A program made the position numbers and the translations under genes. Under the pieces are notes generated by a model, which did no database searches, was not told the origin of the DNA, and saw nothing but the letters and a program-made list of their open reading frames with translations. A stretch of DNA of 64,000 bases from Terriglobia bacterium (GTDB taxonomy: Bacteria > Acidobacteriota > Terriglobia > Acidiferrales > UBA7541): contig OY968796.1 in NCBI GenBank assembly GCA_963695545.1, positions 1,632,001 through 1,696,000 on the forward strand. Reading direction: 5' to 3'. Below, piece by piece: positions 9,977 through 20,092 of this stretch (position 1 is the first letter of the stretch; every line of letters starts with the position of its first letter).

Positions 9977-12289
9977 ATGGATGGAATCAGTCGGCCGCTA
10001 GCTCCGCGGGGGCGGGGCGTCGGCGCGATCGAGGCGGTTTCATCTCGCGCGCCCGTTTCGCCGCTGGACGTCTTGCCGCGCCAGCCGCGTCTAGGCGACT
10101 ACGTTCTGATTCTACGAAAGCACAAGTGGCTGATTCTGTCGTTTGTCCTGACGGCGGTCACAATCGTGACCGTCACCACGGTAAGGATGCAGCCTGTCTA
10201 CGAAGCGACGGCGCGAATCGAGATTGACCGCGAGAATACGAACCTGACGAATTTCACGGGCAACGGGGCTGGCGCCGAATACGAAGACTCCGACGACATG
10301 GACGATTACATTGAAACCCAGTCCAAAATCCTCATGAGTGAGACCGTTGCTCTCGAGACCATTCGATCGGTCGGCCTGCAAAACGATCCGGAGTTCGGAG
10401 GCCAATCGGACAAGCCGGCGGTCGATGCATCGTCCGGGGGCGCCAATCAGCCGCGTCCCGCCGCTCTCAGCGTGTTTTTGAGTAATTTGAGCGTTACGCG
10501 TGTGCCGAATAGCCAACTGCTGGACGTTACATTTGCGGCCCACGACCCGCAATTGGCTGCGCGAGTGGTAAATGCACAGATCAGCAATTTCATTGAGCAA
10601 AACTTCCGAAGTAAATTCGAGGCTACGACGCAGGCTTCCAACTGGCTTGCTGGCCAGCTCGATGAAATGAAGGTCAAGGTGGAAAACTCCGAAAACGCCA
10701 CCCTGGCTTATGAGCGCGAAAACCAAATCTGGACCGTTGACCAGAATCAGGACATCAGCACCGAGAAATTGGGGGAAATCGAAAAGGAGCTGACCGACGC
10801 CGAAAGTGACCGTATCAGCAAGGAAGCTGTCTATCAATTGGCCCAGGCGGGCAACTACGACGCCATTCCTGCCGTGCGCGAAAGTCCGGTTATCCAGGAC
10901 CTTCTCAAACAAGAGGGCCAGCTCAATGCCGACTACGCCGATGCACTCGCGCAATATGGACCGAAGTTTCCCAAAGTGATCCGATTGCAGGCACAAATCA
11001 AACAGCTCGACGACATGATTGGCCGCGAGAAACAGAACATTGCGAACCAAGTGGAGGCCGAGTATCGCGGTGCCAGCCAACGCGAGATGCTCTTGCAGCA
11101 GGCCCTGGACGCTCAAAAGACTGAAGCCAATTCTGCTGCCGAAAAACTGGTCCAGTACAGCATCCTGAAGCGCGAGGCGGATACGGACAAAGATCTGTAC
11201 GACGGCATGTTGCAGAAACTGAAGGAAGCCGGAATCCAGGCGGGTTTGCGTTCTTCGAATATTCGCGTGGTGGACCCCGCCTTGGTGCCCTCGGAGCCAT
11301 CACGACCGCAGAAGGCCCGCAATATCCTGCTGGGCCTGCTGGTAGGTCTGGTGGGAGGAATAGGTTTGGCATTCGCCCGCGAGTATATGGACAACACTAT
11401 AAAGTTACCGGACGACATCGAAATGCTTGTGGGGTTGCCTTCCCTGGCAGTCGTCCCTGCGTTTGCTGCCGGCAATGGGGACGGGAACCGCCGAATGTCC
11501 CGCCTGCTTGGGTCCGGATCAAATGGCGCGAAGGAGTGTCGTGTCGAGTTGGTTTCTCACAATCTGCCCCAATCGCACATGTCGGAGGCCTTCCGCTCCC
11601 TTCGAACTTCTCTTCTATTGTCGCAAGCAGAACACCCTCCTCAGGTCATCCTAATGACCAGCTCCCTGCCGCGCGAGGGCAAGACTACGTGCGCCGTCAA
11701 TCTGGCTGTGACGCTGGCGCAACTGGGTGATCGGACATTGCTCGTGGATGCGGATTTGCGAAAGCCGGGGATCAACCGAGCCCTCAGCTTAGTGGATGGA
11801 AAGCACGCGGGGCTTAGCTCATATTTGGCAGGAGTCTCTTCGCTAGATTTGATCACCGTGCCTCACCCGGCAATTAGCAATTTGGCGGCGATTCCCACTG
11901 GCCCGATTCCGCCTAACCCCGCCGATCTCCTATCTTCGCGCCGCTTGGCCGAACTGATTCAAGAATTGCGCAAGCGGTACAAATTCGTGGTTATCGATTC
12001 GCCGCCGATCATGGCGGCCACCGACGCGGTGATCCTGTCGGTTTTGGTGGACGGCGTACTCATCGTGGCGCGCAGCCATGAGACGCCGAAGGAGGCCTTC
12101 ACACGCGCGCGCGATCTTCTGGTATCGGTGAACAGTCGGATTCTCGGCGCGGTGTTGAACGCTGTAGATTCGAACGCGCCCAATTATTACTACTCGTATC
12201 GGTACTATCCCTATCCCTCCGGCGAATCGAGGAAAGACCGGGAAGAGGATTCGACTGATTCTGATCAGTCTCGTGCGGTTGGCTTATAA
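9977..12289 (+). CDS. wzc: Polysaccharide co-polymerase / tyrosine autokinase
   Basis: Two TM segments around a coiled coil, EAFRSLRT, Walker A PREGKT, DADLRKP, VVIDSPP, C-terminal Tyr cluster YYYSYRYYPY. Confidence 0.95.
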   Translation: MDGISRPLAPRGRGVGAIEAVSSRAPVSPLDVLPRQPRLGDYVLILRKHKWLILSFVLTAVTIVTVTTVRMQPVYEATARIEIDRENTNLTNFTGNGAGAEYEDSDDMDDYIETQSKILMSETVALETIRSVGLQNDPEFGGQSDKPAVDASSGGANQPRPAALSVFLSNLSVTRVPNSQLLDVTFAAHDPQLAARVVNAQISNFIEQNFRSKFEATTQASNWLAGQLDEMKVKVENSENATLAYERENQIWTVDQNQDISTEKLGEIEKELTDAESDRISKEAVYQLAQAGNYDAIPAVRESPVIQDLLKQEGQLNADYADALAQYGPKFPKVIRLQAQIKQLDDMIGREKQNIANQVEAEYRGASQREMLLQQALDAQKTEANSAAEKLVQYSILKREADTDKDLYDGMLQKLKEAGIQAGLRSSNIRVVDPALVPSEPSRPQKARNILLGLLVGLVGGIGLAFAREYMDNTIKLPDDIEMLVGLPSLAVVPAFAAGNGDGNRRMSRLLGSGSNGAKECRVELVSHNLPQSHMSEAFRSLRTSLLLSQAEHPPQVILMTSSLPREGKTTCAVNLAVTLAQLGDRTLLVDADLRKPGINRALSLVDGKHAGLSSYLAGVSSLDLITVPHPAISNLAAIPTGPIPPNPADLLSSRRLAELIQELRKRYKFVVIDSPPIMAATDAVILSVLVDGVLIVARSHETPKEAFTRARDLLVSVNSRILGAVLNAVDSNAPNYYYSYRYYPYPSGESRKDREEDSTDSDQSRAVGL

Positions 12290-12325
12290 GTTGCTGTCAA
12301 CTGGTTTTCGACGGGAGGAATTAGA

Positions 12326-13333
12326 GTGCGTTACCTAATCACCGGGGGCGCGGGGTTCATCGGCTCTCACCTTGCTGAGCGGCTGCTCGATCGGGGAGAC
12401 GAAGTCCTGATCCTGGACAATCTTTCCACCGGAGGCATGGAGAATATCCGGCACCTGAAAGTTCAGGATCGAATGCACTACTACCTCGATGGACTCGAAA
12501 ACCGGCCCTTGCTCGCGGAGTTGGTGGACGAAGCCGACGTGATCTTTCACCTGGCGGCCGCCGTCGGCGTTCGGCTGATCGTCGAAAGCCCGGTGCGTAC
12601 GATCGAGACCAACGTCAACGGAACGCAGAATGTGCTGGAAGCGGCTGCCAAGAAACGAAAGCTGGTGATCTGTGCTTCGACGTCCGAGGTGTACGGCAAG
12701 AGCACTCAGGTGCCGTTCACGGAAGACGCCGACCTGGTGATGGGAGCGACGACCAAGGGGCGATGGAGCTATGCGGCCTCGAAGGCTCTCGACGAATTTC
12801 TGGCGCTCGCGTATTGGAAGGAGAAAGACCAGCCGGTGATTGTGCTGCGATTATTCAACACCGTGGGCCCGCGGCAGAGCGGCCGCTACGGCATGGTGAT
12901 GCCCAATTTCGTGCGCCAAGCGCTCGACGGCGCGCCGATCACCGTTTATGGATCGGGGAAACAGTCTCGCTGCTTCTGCGACGTGCGCGACACTGTGGAA
13001 TCCATGCTGCGCCTGGCCGCGACCGACGCCGCGGTGGGAGAAGTAGTGAACATTGGAAACGACCACGAGATCACGATCGAGGAACTGGCTCACCTGGTGA
13101 AGGAACAGACGGGCAGCGCTTCGCCGATCGTGCGCGTTCCATACGACCAAGCCTACGAGCCCGGCTTCGAGGACATGTTCCGGCGGGTACCGTCGCTCGT
13201 GAAACTCGAGCGGCTGACGGGGTTCCGGCCGCGGACGCCGCTTGCGGAAATTATCGCGCGGGTGATCGCATATTTGGAGAAGAGGCGAGAGTTTGTAGGC
13301 ACGCCTCGTGAGCTGGCTCAAGGCGCAAATTAG
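12326..13333 (+). CDS. NAD-dependent nucleotide-sugar epimerase/dehydratase
   Basis: TGGAGFIGSHL, STSEVYGK, YAASK, RLFNTVGPRQ; GGGAGG RBS and GTG start. Confidence 0.92.
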   Translation: MRYLITGGAGFIGSHLAERLLDRGDEVLILDNLSTGGMENIRHLKVQDRMHYYLDGLENRPLLAELVDEADVIFHLAAAVGVRLIVESPVRTIETNVNGTQNVLEAAAKKRKLVICASTSEVYGKSTQVPFTEDADLVMGATTKGRWSYAASKALDEFLALAYWKEKDQPVIVLRLFNTVGPRQSGRYGMVMPNFVRQALDGAPITVYGSGKQSRCFCDVRDTVESMLRLAATDAAVGEVVNIGNDHEITIEELAHLVKEQTGSASPIVRVPYDQAYEPGFEDMFRRVPSLVKLERLTGFRPRTPLAEIIARVIAYLEKRREFVGTPRELAQGAN

Positions 13334-13585
13334 ACTCATTCGCTTGCTCGCCGGACACTGGTCAGGACCCGCCGAGGAGTGATCGGGTCGGAACGACCGA
13401 TCATTCACCCGGTTCGACACACGCCGCACGCAAGAATGCCTGGTGCATGTGAACATAATGGCATTTGCCTGCTATTCCCGTGAGCGCCGGCTCCCGTGGG
13501 GAGAGGCGGCGGGACTTTCGATACTCTGAAACTTCGGTTTCGTGTTTCAATGGAGCGTGAATCGAGTGCTTGTGCCCCGCCAACA

Positions 13586-14449
13586 ATGAGCGGATGTTCC
13601 GAACAAATTGTTGCGCATCACACCGTTCCGCCTCCGGTGACGCGCATTGCGCCGCGTGCCGGATGGTTCGCGCTCGACCTGCGCGAAATCTGGGACTACC
13701 GCGAGCTGCTCTATTTCTTCGTCTGGCGCGATCTGAAGGTGCGCTACAAGCAGACCGCGATCGGCGCCGCGTGGGCCGTGCTTCAGCCGCTGCTGACGAT
13801 GATGGTGTTCAGTCTATTCTTCGGCAAGCTGGCGAAAATGAGCACGGAGGGATTACCTCCTCAGATTTTCTATTATTGCGGGCTGCTACCGTGGACCTAC
13901 TTCGCGACGTCCATGCAGAATGCCACGGCCATCGTGGTTGACCAGCAGCGGGTGATCACCAAGATTTATTTTCCGCGCGTGATTCTGCCGATATCGTCGA
14001 TCCTCTCGCCGCTGGTGGATTTAGCGATTTCGTTCGTGATGTTCATTGTGTTGATGGTGTGGTTTCGCATCGTTCCGACGCGCGATCTGGTGTGGCTGCC
14101 GGCATTCCTGTTGCTGGCTGTGCTCACGGCGCTGGGCGCCGGGCTGTGGCTTTCGGCGTTGAACGCGTTGTATCGGGACGTTCGCTACGTTGTCCCGTTT
14201 CTGGTGCAGTTCTGGCTGTTCGCTTCGCCGATCGCCTATTCCAGTTCGATCGTGCCGCAGCGCTGGCGCTTGCTCTACGGGCTAAATCCAATGGCGGGCG
14301 TCGTGGAGGGTTTTCGCTGGTCGCTCACGGGGCGCGGCCAGCCGCCTGGCGTGCTCGCGGCCGCGTCAACGGGTGCGGTTATCCTCGTGGTGCTGGGCGG
14401 ATTGATGTATTACCACGTGATGGAGAGCACCATCGCCGACGTGGTCTAA
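13586..14449 (+). CDS. wzm: ABC-2 type polysaccharide transporter permease (start uncertain)
   Basis: RDLKVRYKQT.IG.AWA.LQPL, KIYFPR, YRDVRY, LNPMAGVVEGFR. Confidence 0.92.
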   Translation: MSGCSEQIVAHHTVPPPVTRIAPRAGWFALDLREIWDYRELLYFFVWRDLKVRYKQTAIGAAWAVLQPLLTMMVFSLFFGKLAKMSTEGLPPQIFYYCGLLPWTYFATSMQNATAIVVDQQRVITKIYFPRVILPISSILSPLVDLAISFVMFIVLMVWFRIVPTRDLVWLPAFLLLAVLTALGAGLWLSALNALYRDVRYVVPFLVQFWLFASPIAYSSSIVPQRWRLLYGLNPMAGVVEGFRWSLTGRGQPPGVLAAASTGAVILVVLGGLMYYHVMESTIADVV

Positions 14450-14508
14450 CTGATGATGATGTGGCGTGACGGGGCGAGCGGATTTTAGCCGGGGCCAGGA
14501 GAATCGTT

Positions 14509-15309
14509 TTGTCGCAGAAGACCGTATTCGATTCGCCCAACACGGTTCGTTTCAACCAGGCTCGGCGAGATCGGCTGGCGGAGCTGCTGCCCGTGTGGCA
14601 GAAAGAGCTCGGATTGAAGACGGCCATGGACGTGGGTTGCGGCTTCGGATATTTCTCCGCGCTGCTTGTCGAACTGGGATTTGAGACGAGCGCCATCGAG
14701 GGCCGCGCCGAAAATGCGGCTGAGGCGCGCGTGCGCGTGCCCGGACTTCGCGTGCAAGTCGCCGACGCCGAGGCTGATTCGCTCCGCGAAGCGGGTGCGT
14801 ACGATCTGGTGCTGGGCCTTGGATTGCTCTATCACCTCGAGAATCCGTTCCGCGCGATCCGCAATCTTTACGCGCTCACGAAGCACATTCTGATCATCGA
14901 TAGCATGTGCGTGCCGGCAAAATTACCCGTGCTGCATCTGCGCGAAGAGAATTCGGCGGCGGAAGATCAGGGGCTGACTCCGGCCGTTTTCTATCCATCG
15001 GAGGCGTGCCTGGTGAAGATGCTTTATCGCGCGGGTTTTTCCACGGTGGGGCGCCCCGCGCGATTGCCGGATCATCCTGAATTTTACGGCACGCGGAAGC
15101 AGAAAAAAGTACGCACAATGCTGGTGGCCGCACGCTCGGCGTTTCCATCGCCGTTCCTGGTGCCGCTGGCTGAGCCGCGCGGCTGGGACGATCCGTGGGC
15201 CAGGGCCTGGCGCAGGCCGTTCGGCGGGCGGTTGCGCGGCATCGAAAAGACGCTTCGGCATTATGTTCGCGGGCGCCGCGCGCCCAATGCGCCGCGGGAT
15301 AAACGATGA
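14509..15309 (+). CDS. Class I SAM-dependent methyltransferase
   Basis: MDVGCGFG, GLLYHLENP; AGGAG RBS and TTG start. Confidence 0.85.
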   Translation: MSQKTVFDSPNTVRFNQARRDRLAELLPVWQKELGLKTAMDVGCGFGYFSALLVELGFETSAIEGRAENAAEARVRVPGLRVQVADAEADSLREAGAYDLVLGLGLLYHLENPFRAIRNLYALTKHILIIDSMCVPAKLPVLHLREENSAAEDQGLTPAVFYPSEACLVKMLYRAGFSTVGRPARLPDHPEFYGTRKQKKVRTMLVAARSAFPSPFLVPLAEPRGWDDPWARAWRRPFGGRLRGIEKTLRHYVRGRRAPNAPRDKR

Positions 15310-16670
15310 CGGAAACGAAGAGCATTTCGGTCGTGGGGCTCGGCAAGCTGGGCGCGCCGATGGCGGCGGCTTTGGCGGCCAAGGGATTGACTGTTGTTGG
15401 CGTGGATGCGGATGCGGCGAAGGTCGAAGCGATCCGCGACGGACGGGCGCCCGTGTTTGAACCGGAGCTTGCGGAAACGATTCGCGTGGCGGGCAGCCGG
15501 CTCACGGCCACTTCGGACGTGGCCGAGGCCGTGGCTTCGACGGACACCACGTTCATCGTTGTGGCCACGCCTTCGGAACCTTCCGGCAGCTTTTCTTTGC
15601 GTTACGTGTTGCCAGTTTGCGAAGCCATCGGCGATGTGATTGCGCGGAAGCGCGAACCGCATCTGGTGGTGATCACGAGCACGGTGATGCCCGGAATGAC
15701 CGGCGGTCCGATCAGGGAAACTCTGGAGCGCGCGAGCGGGAAGCGTGCGGGCCGCGATTTCGGATTGTGTTACGGTCCCGAATTTATCGCGCTCGGCAGC
15801 GTGATTCATGATTTTCTGAATCCGGATTTTCTGCTCATCGGCGAATCCGATCCGGCCACCGGTGAACGCCTCGAGGCGCTCTATGACCGCGTTTGCGAAA
15901 ATCGGCCCGCGGTTGTGCGCATGAATTTCGTGAACGCGGAAATCGCCAAGCTTTCGGTGAATACCTTCGTCACTACGAAGATCACTTTCGCCAACATGCT
16001 GGCGCGTATCTGCGAGCGTCTGCCGGAAGCGGACGTGGATGTGGTCACGCGCGCCCTGGGTCTCGACACGCGCATCGGCGGAAAATATTTGAAGGGCGCG
16101 GTGAGCTACGGCGGACCGTGTTTTCCGCGGGACAATCTGGCGCTCGCCGCCCTGGCAACCGAAGTCGGCGCGTCGGCGGACCTTGCGCAGGCCACGCACC
16201 GATTCAATCGCGCGCAAATCTCGTGGCTCGCGGATCGCGTGGTCGAGAGCCTGGCGCCGGGGCAAACGGCCGGCGTGCTCGGATTAACGTATAAGCCGAA
16301 CACCGATGTTGTGGAGGAGGCGGTCGGCCTGCTTCTCGCTCAGGAACTTATCGCGCGCGGTGTGCCGCTCGTCGTCTTCGATCCGCAAGGTGCGCGAAAT
16401 TCCGCGTCGGCGCTCGGGCCGGGCGCGCGTCTGGCGGCTACGGCCGAAGAATGCATCGCGGAATCAGCGGTCGTGGTGGTGGCCACGCCTTGGCCGGAGT
16501 TCGCGCGCATCACGGCAGAACGATGGGAGTGCCGCGATGCGCCGCGCATCGTACTCGATTGCTGGCGCGCGCTGCCGCATTTGGCCGGGCGCGGAGGGAT
16601 TGTGCGCATGGCGCTTGGCGTTGGCGCTGCGCCGGAGGCATCGGTGAATCAAAAGGCGGCCCGGCGTTGA
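15306..16670 (+). CDS. UDP-glucose/GDP-mannose dehydrogenase family protein
   Basis: VVGLGKLG, VATPS, STVMPG, PEFIA.G, YGGPCFPRD with catalytic Cys. Confidence 0.93.
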   Translation: MTETKSISVVGLGKLGAPMAAALAAKGLTVVGVDADAAKVEAIRDGRAPVFEPELAETIRVAGSRLTATSDVAEAVASTDTTFIVVATPSEPSGSFSLRYVLPVCEAIGDVIARKREPHLVVITSTVMPGMTGGPIRETLERASGKRAGRDFGLCYGPEFIALGSVIHDFLNPDFLLIGESDPATGERLEALYDRVCENRPAVVRMNFVNAEIAKLSVNTFVTTKITFANMLARICERLPEADVDVVTRALGLDTRIGGKYLKGAVSYGGPCFPRDNLALAALATEVGASADLAQATHRFNRAQISWLADRVVESLAPGQTAGVLGLTYKPNTDVVEEAVGLLLAQELIARGVPLVVFDPQGARNSASALGPGARLAATAEECIAESAVVVVATPWPEFARITAERWECRDAPRIVLDCWRALPHLAGRGGIVRMALGVGAAPEASVNQKAARR

Positions 16671-16855
16671 CTGCCGCCGAAGAGGGCGCCCGGACCGCGG
16701 CGAGCGCGTTCCTACAACGAATGGACACGTCCACGCATAAAGGCATCCGCGTCCTGATTGAGGCCTACAGTCATCAGCGGTTCGCCGAAAGAGGCGTCGC
16801 CGGCGCGCTCAATCAAGATGCGCTCGGGATCGGCCCGTTCGTGGTGGAAAAATAG

Positions 16856-17854
16856 ATGCAGCGAAGGGCGCTCGATCTTCTGAACTGTCCGTCGTGCCAA
16901 TGCGCGCTCTCCGTAGCAGAAGTTGTCCAAGAGGATGCGTCGACCGGAAATATTGTGGGAGGTCAACTGCAATGCTCCGGGTGCGCCAAGCGCTTTCCGA
17001 TTCTTCGCAGCGTGCCGCGATTTGTGCCGGCGGAAAATTATGCGTCTTCTTTTGGATTTCAGTGGCAGCGTTTCCAGCGGCTTCAAATCGATAAGGTCAT
17101 GAAGAATAATTTTAGCCGCGACCGTTTTGTCGCCGCGACCAAGTGGCCGGCCCGGCTGGAGGGTGAAAAAATCCTCGAAGTCGGAAGCGGAGCGGGCCGC
17201 TTCACGCAGCTCGCGCTGGAGACCGGAGCGGATGTCTATTCGTTCGACCTCAGCGATGCCGTGGATGCGAACTATGCGAATCACGGAAGCGAACCGAATC
17301 TCCATTTGTTTCAGGCGAGCATCTACGAAATTCCCGTGCGCCGGAGGTCGTTCGATCGCGTATTTTGCCTAGGCGTACTGCAGCATTGCCCGGACGTCAA
17401 GAAAGCCTTTATGAGCTTGGTTCCGCTTGTACGGCCTGGCGGCGAAATCATCGTCGATTGCTACGAGTTGCAAAAGGGGATTCCTCCGCTGAAATATTGG
17501 GCCCGGCCGTTTGCGAAACACATGAAAACCCTAACGATCTACAAGTTGCTGAGCTGGACGATCCCTCCGGCCTTTGAAGTGAAAAAGGCGCTGCATCACA
17601 TTCCCAAAATTGGGCCCACGGTCGCCAGAATAATTCCTATCGGGCCGATCTCCCACGCGCCACGATTGAACTACACCGACGCTGAATTGAAGCAGGTGAA
17701 AATCTTGAGCGCACTGGATATGATTTCCCCGAAGTACGATCAGCCACAACGAGTCGAAGACGTGCGCCGGTGGTTTGAGGAAGCCGGGCTGGTCGAGATA
17801 AGAACCTGGATCGAATATAACGGAATCAACGCGAGAGGCCGTTGCCCGGCGTGA
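16856..17854 (+). CDS. SAM-dependent methyltransferase with N-terminal Trm112-like zinc domain
   Basis: CPSC...CSGC..FPI...VPRF, SFGFQW, LEVGSGAGRF, GVLQH. Confidence 0.88.
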   Translation: MQRRALDLLNCPSCQCALSVAEVVQEDASTGNIVGGQLQCSGCAKRFPILRSVPRFVPAENYASSFGFQWQRFQRLQIDKVMKNNFSRDRFVAATKWPARLEGEKILEVGSGAGRFTQLALETGADVYSFDLSDAVDANYANHGSEPNLHLFQASIYEIPVRRRSFDRVFCLGVLQHCPDVKKAFMSLVPLVRPGGEIIVDCYELQKGIPPLKYWARPFAKHMKTLTIYKLLSWTIPPAFEVKKALHHIPKIGPTVARIIPIGPISHAPRLNYTDAELKQVKILSALDMISPKYDQPQRVEDVRRWFEEAGLVEIRTWIEYNGINARGRCPA

Positions 17855-17891
17855 GAATCAGAATTTGCTGCCCCGCGGCCTTGACCATTCC

Positions 17892-18992
17892 ATGATTGCG
17901 CTTATGGGACGGCTCGATACCACAGCCGACGGCGTCGATGACTATTGCAAATTTCTGGGCCACGCACTCGCGCGGCGTGGCGTCACGCTCACGCGGCTGC
18001 ACCTCGCGTGGAACAACGACGGATGGTTCCGTGCTCTGCAGCGCCTTTGGCGAGACAGCGCCGATTGGCAGGGGCAATGGGTCTTGCTGCAATACACGGC
18101 GCTTAGTTGGTCGCGCCGCGGCTTTCCTTTCGGCGTGCTGGCTGCCGCCGCCATTCTGCGACGGCGCGGCGCGCGTTGCGCCGTCGTGTTTCACGAAGGC
18201 ACTGGTTTCGGAGGCACGCGCTTGCGAGAGCGCGTTCGCAACGCGTGCCAGATGTCGGTTCTGCGCGGGCTTCATCGCGGATGCGATCGGAATGTTTTCA
18301 CAAATCCGCTCGACACGATTGCCTGGTTGAAGCCGGTCCGCGCGGATCGCGTTGCTTCGAAAATTCAGGATCGATCGGCATTCATCCCGATCGGGGCAAA
18401 TATCCCGGTGTGCAGCGAGCGCCGATTCCAGCCCAGCTCCCTGGACCAAGAAAAAAGAGTGATCGTATTTAGCTTCGCTAGCCGTCCCGCTGTCCATATC
18501 GAAGTTGCGGACATCGCGAGCGTCGCGCACGACGCGAGCAAGGCGATTCCGAATTTGCGTTTTGTTGTTTTAGGCCGCGGGTCGAACGATGTGCGCGAGG
18601 ATCTGGCGGACGCGTTTCAGGGTTGTTCGGCCGTCCTGGACGTGCGCGGCGTCTTACCGGCGGAGGAGATTGCGCGTGAGTTTTGCCGCGGTGATGCCCT
18701 CCTGTTTGTTCGCGGCGCCGTCGTGCTGCAGCGTGGGGCCGCGATGGCCGGCATTTGCAGTGGGCTTCCGATTGTCGGGTACGGAATCGGGGAGCGCAGC
18801 GGGCCGATCGCTGAGATAGGCGTCGAATGGTCGACTTGGCGCGATGCGAAGTCGCTGTCGCGAAACTTAATCCGAGTTCTGACCGATTCCCAGCGCTGGA
18901 CGGAACTGCATGAACGAAATGTGCGCGCTCAGCAGAAATATTTTTCGTGGGATCGGATTGCGGAGCGCTTCTTAGAAGTCTTGGCGGATTGA
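17892..18992 (+). CDS. Glycosyltransferase (GT-B, GT4-like, divergent); alternative start 17865
   Basis: DGVDDYC, IPIGANI, SGLPIV, FSWDRIA. Confidence 0.75.
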   Translation: MIALMGRLDTTADGVDDYCKFLGHALARRGVTLTRLHLAWNNDGWFRALQRLWRDSADWQGQWVLLQYTALSWSRRGFPFGVLAAAAILRRRGARCAVVFHEGTGFGGTRLRERVRNACQMSVLRGLHRGCDRNVFTNPLDTIAWLKPVRADRVASKIQDRSAFIPIGANIPVCSERRFQPSSLDQEKRVIVFSFASRPAVHIEVADIASVAHDASKAIPNLRFVVLGRGSNDVREDLADAFQGCSAVLDVRGVLPAEEIAREFCRGDALLFVRGAVVLQRGAAMAGICSGLPIVGYGIGERSGPIAEIGVEWSTWRDAKSLSRNLIRVLTDSQRWTELHERNVRAQQKYFSWDRIAERFLEVLAD

Positions 18993-19150
18993 TGCGCTGA
19001 TCACCCGACGGGAGTCGGAGCGGCCAGTTTCATAACGCCGCGAGCAGGCCCGATGGCTGATGTACAATCACATCCAGTTTCAAGGCGGCAAAGACAATTT
19101 CCAGTGGATACTCCCGAGGCGATGAAGCCGCCGGTCGCTGTCTCAGACAG

Positions 19151-20092
19151 GTGCAACGCTTGAATCCGCAGAAGAGTTCTTCGTTTTCGCGAAATGTCGT
19201 CAATGGAGTGGGGAGAGCCTTGGCGACCGTGCAGTTTCGCGGGAAAGGAAGATTGATGATCTGGATGGGAGGCGTGGCCAGCCGATTCACGCCCGATGCG
19301 GATTGTCACCCGGTTGCGGGCGCGCGCGTCAGCGTTTCATTGAACGATCGTGTCGGGCGATGGATGTGGGCGGGCTGCTATGAATTGGAATTGGTGGCGC
19401 TTCTCAAGCAGTTGCTAGATGCGGGCATGACGTTTGTAGATGTCGGGGCGCAAATTGGCTATTTCTCGATCATCGCCGCCGCGCTGGTCGCTGAACGCGG
19501 AATGGTTCACTCGTTCGAGCCCGATCCGGATAACTTCGCAAGGCTGTCGGCGAATTCCCGCGGTTACCCGCGGGTCGCTGCCCATAATTCTGCTGTGGGC
19601 GATCGCACGGGCGAAATCGATTTCTATCGCAGTCCGATCAAGAGCGAATCCGGCTGGGGAGCGCTGTTCAATGAAGATGGCAAGCGCGAGCGGGTTTCGG
19701 CCCAGATCTGTACCCTGGACAGTTGGGCGTCGGCGGCGGGAATCGAACGCATCGACCTGCTTAAGATGGATGTGGAAGGCGCGGAGTACCGCGTTCTGGA
19801 AGGGGCGCAGGCGGTGATCGCAAAAACGCGTCCAGTGATGTGGTTGGAGGCGAATGAAGTGTGTCTTGCGCGCGACGGAAAATCGACGGCGATGCTGCTG
19901 CAGCGCCTGACTGGATGGGCTTACTTGACGCACGGTGTCTGGGACAAGCGCACCCGCGCGATGGAGAATATCGTGGCCATTCCCAGGGAGCGTGCCGATC
20001 TGATCGAGAAACTCGGCCGTGCAAAGATTGGATTGCGACCGGTGCAGGCTGCCGGTACGGTCGACGCCACTCGCATCGTAGCAGCGCGATGA
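19151..20092 (+). CDS. FkbM family methyltransferase
   Basis: FVDVGAQIG, FEPDP, LKMDVEGAE. Confidence 0.9.
   Translation: MQRLNPQKSSSFSRNVVNGVGRALATVQFRGKGRLMIWMGGVASRFTPDADCHPVAGARVSVSLNDRVGRWMWAGCYELELVALLKQLLDAGMTFVDVGAQIGYFSIIAAALVAERGMVHSFEPDPDNFARLSANSRGYPRVAAHNSAVGDRTGEIDFYRSPIKSESGWGALFNEDGKRERVSAQICTLDSWASAAGIERIDLLKMDVEGAEYRVLEGAQAVIAKTRPVMWLEANEVCLARDGKSTAMLLQRLTGWAYLTHGVWDKRTRAMENIVAIPRERADLIEKLGRAKIGLRPVQAAGTVDATRIVAAR

Noticed and set aside
13459..13473. Sigma54 promoter TGGCATTTGCCTGCT upstream of wzm
   Set aside because: GG to GC spacing is 9 nt rather than the required 10
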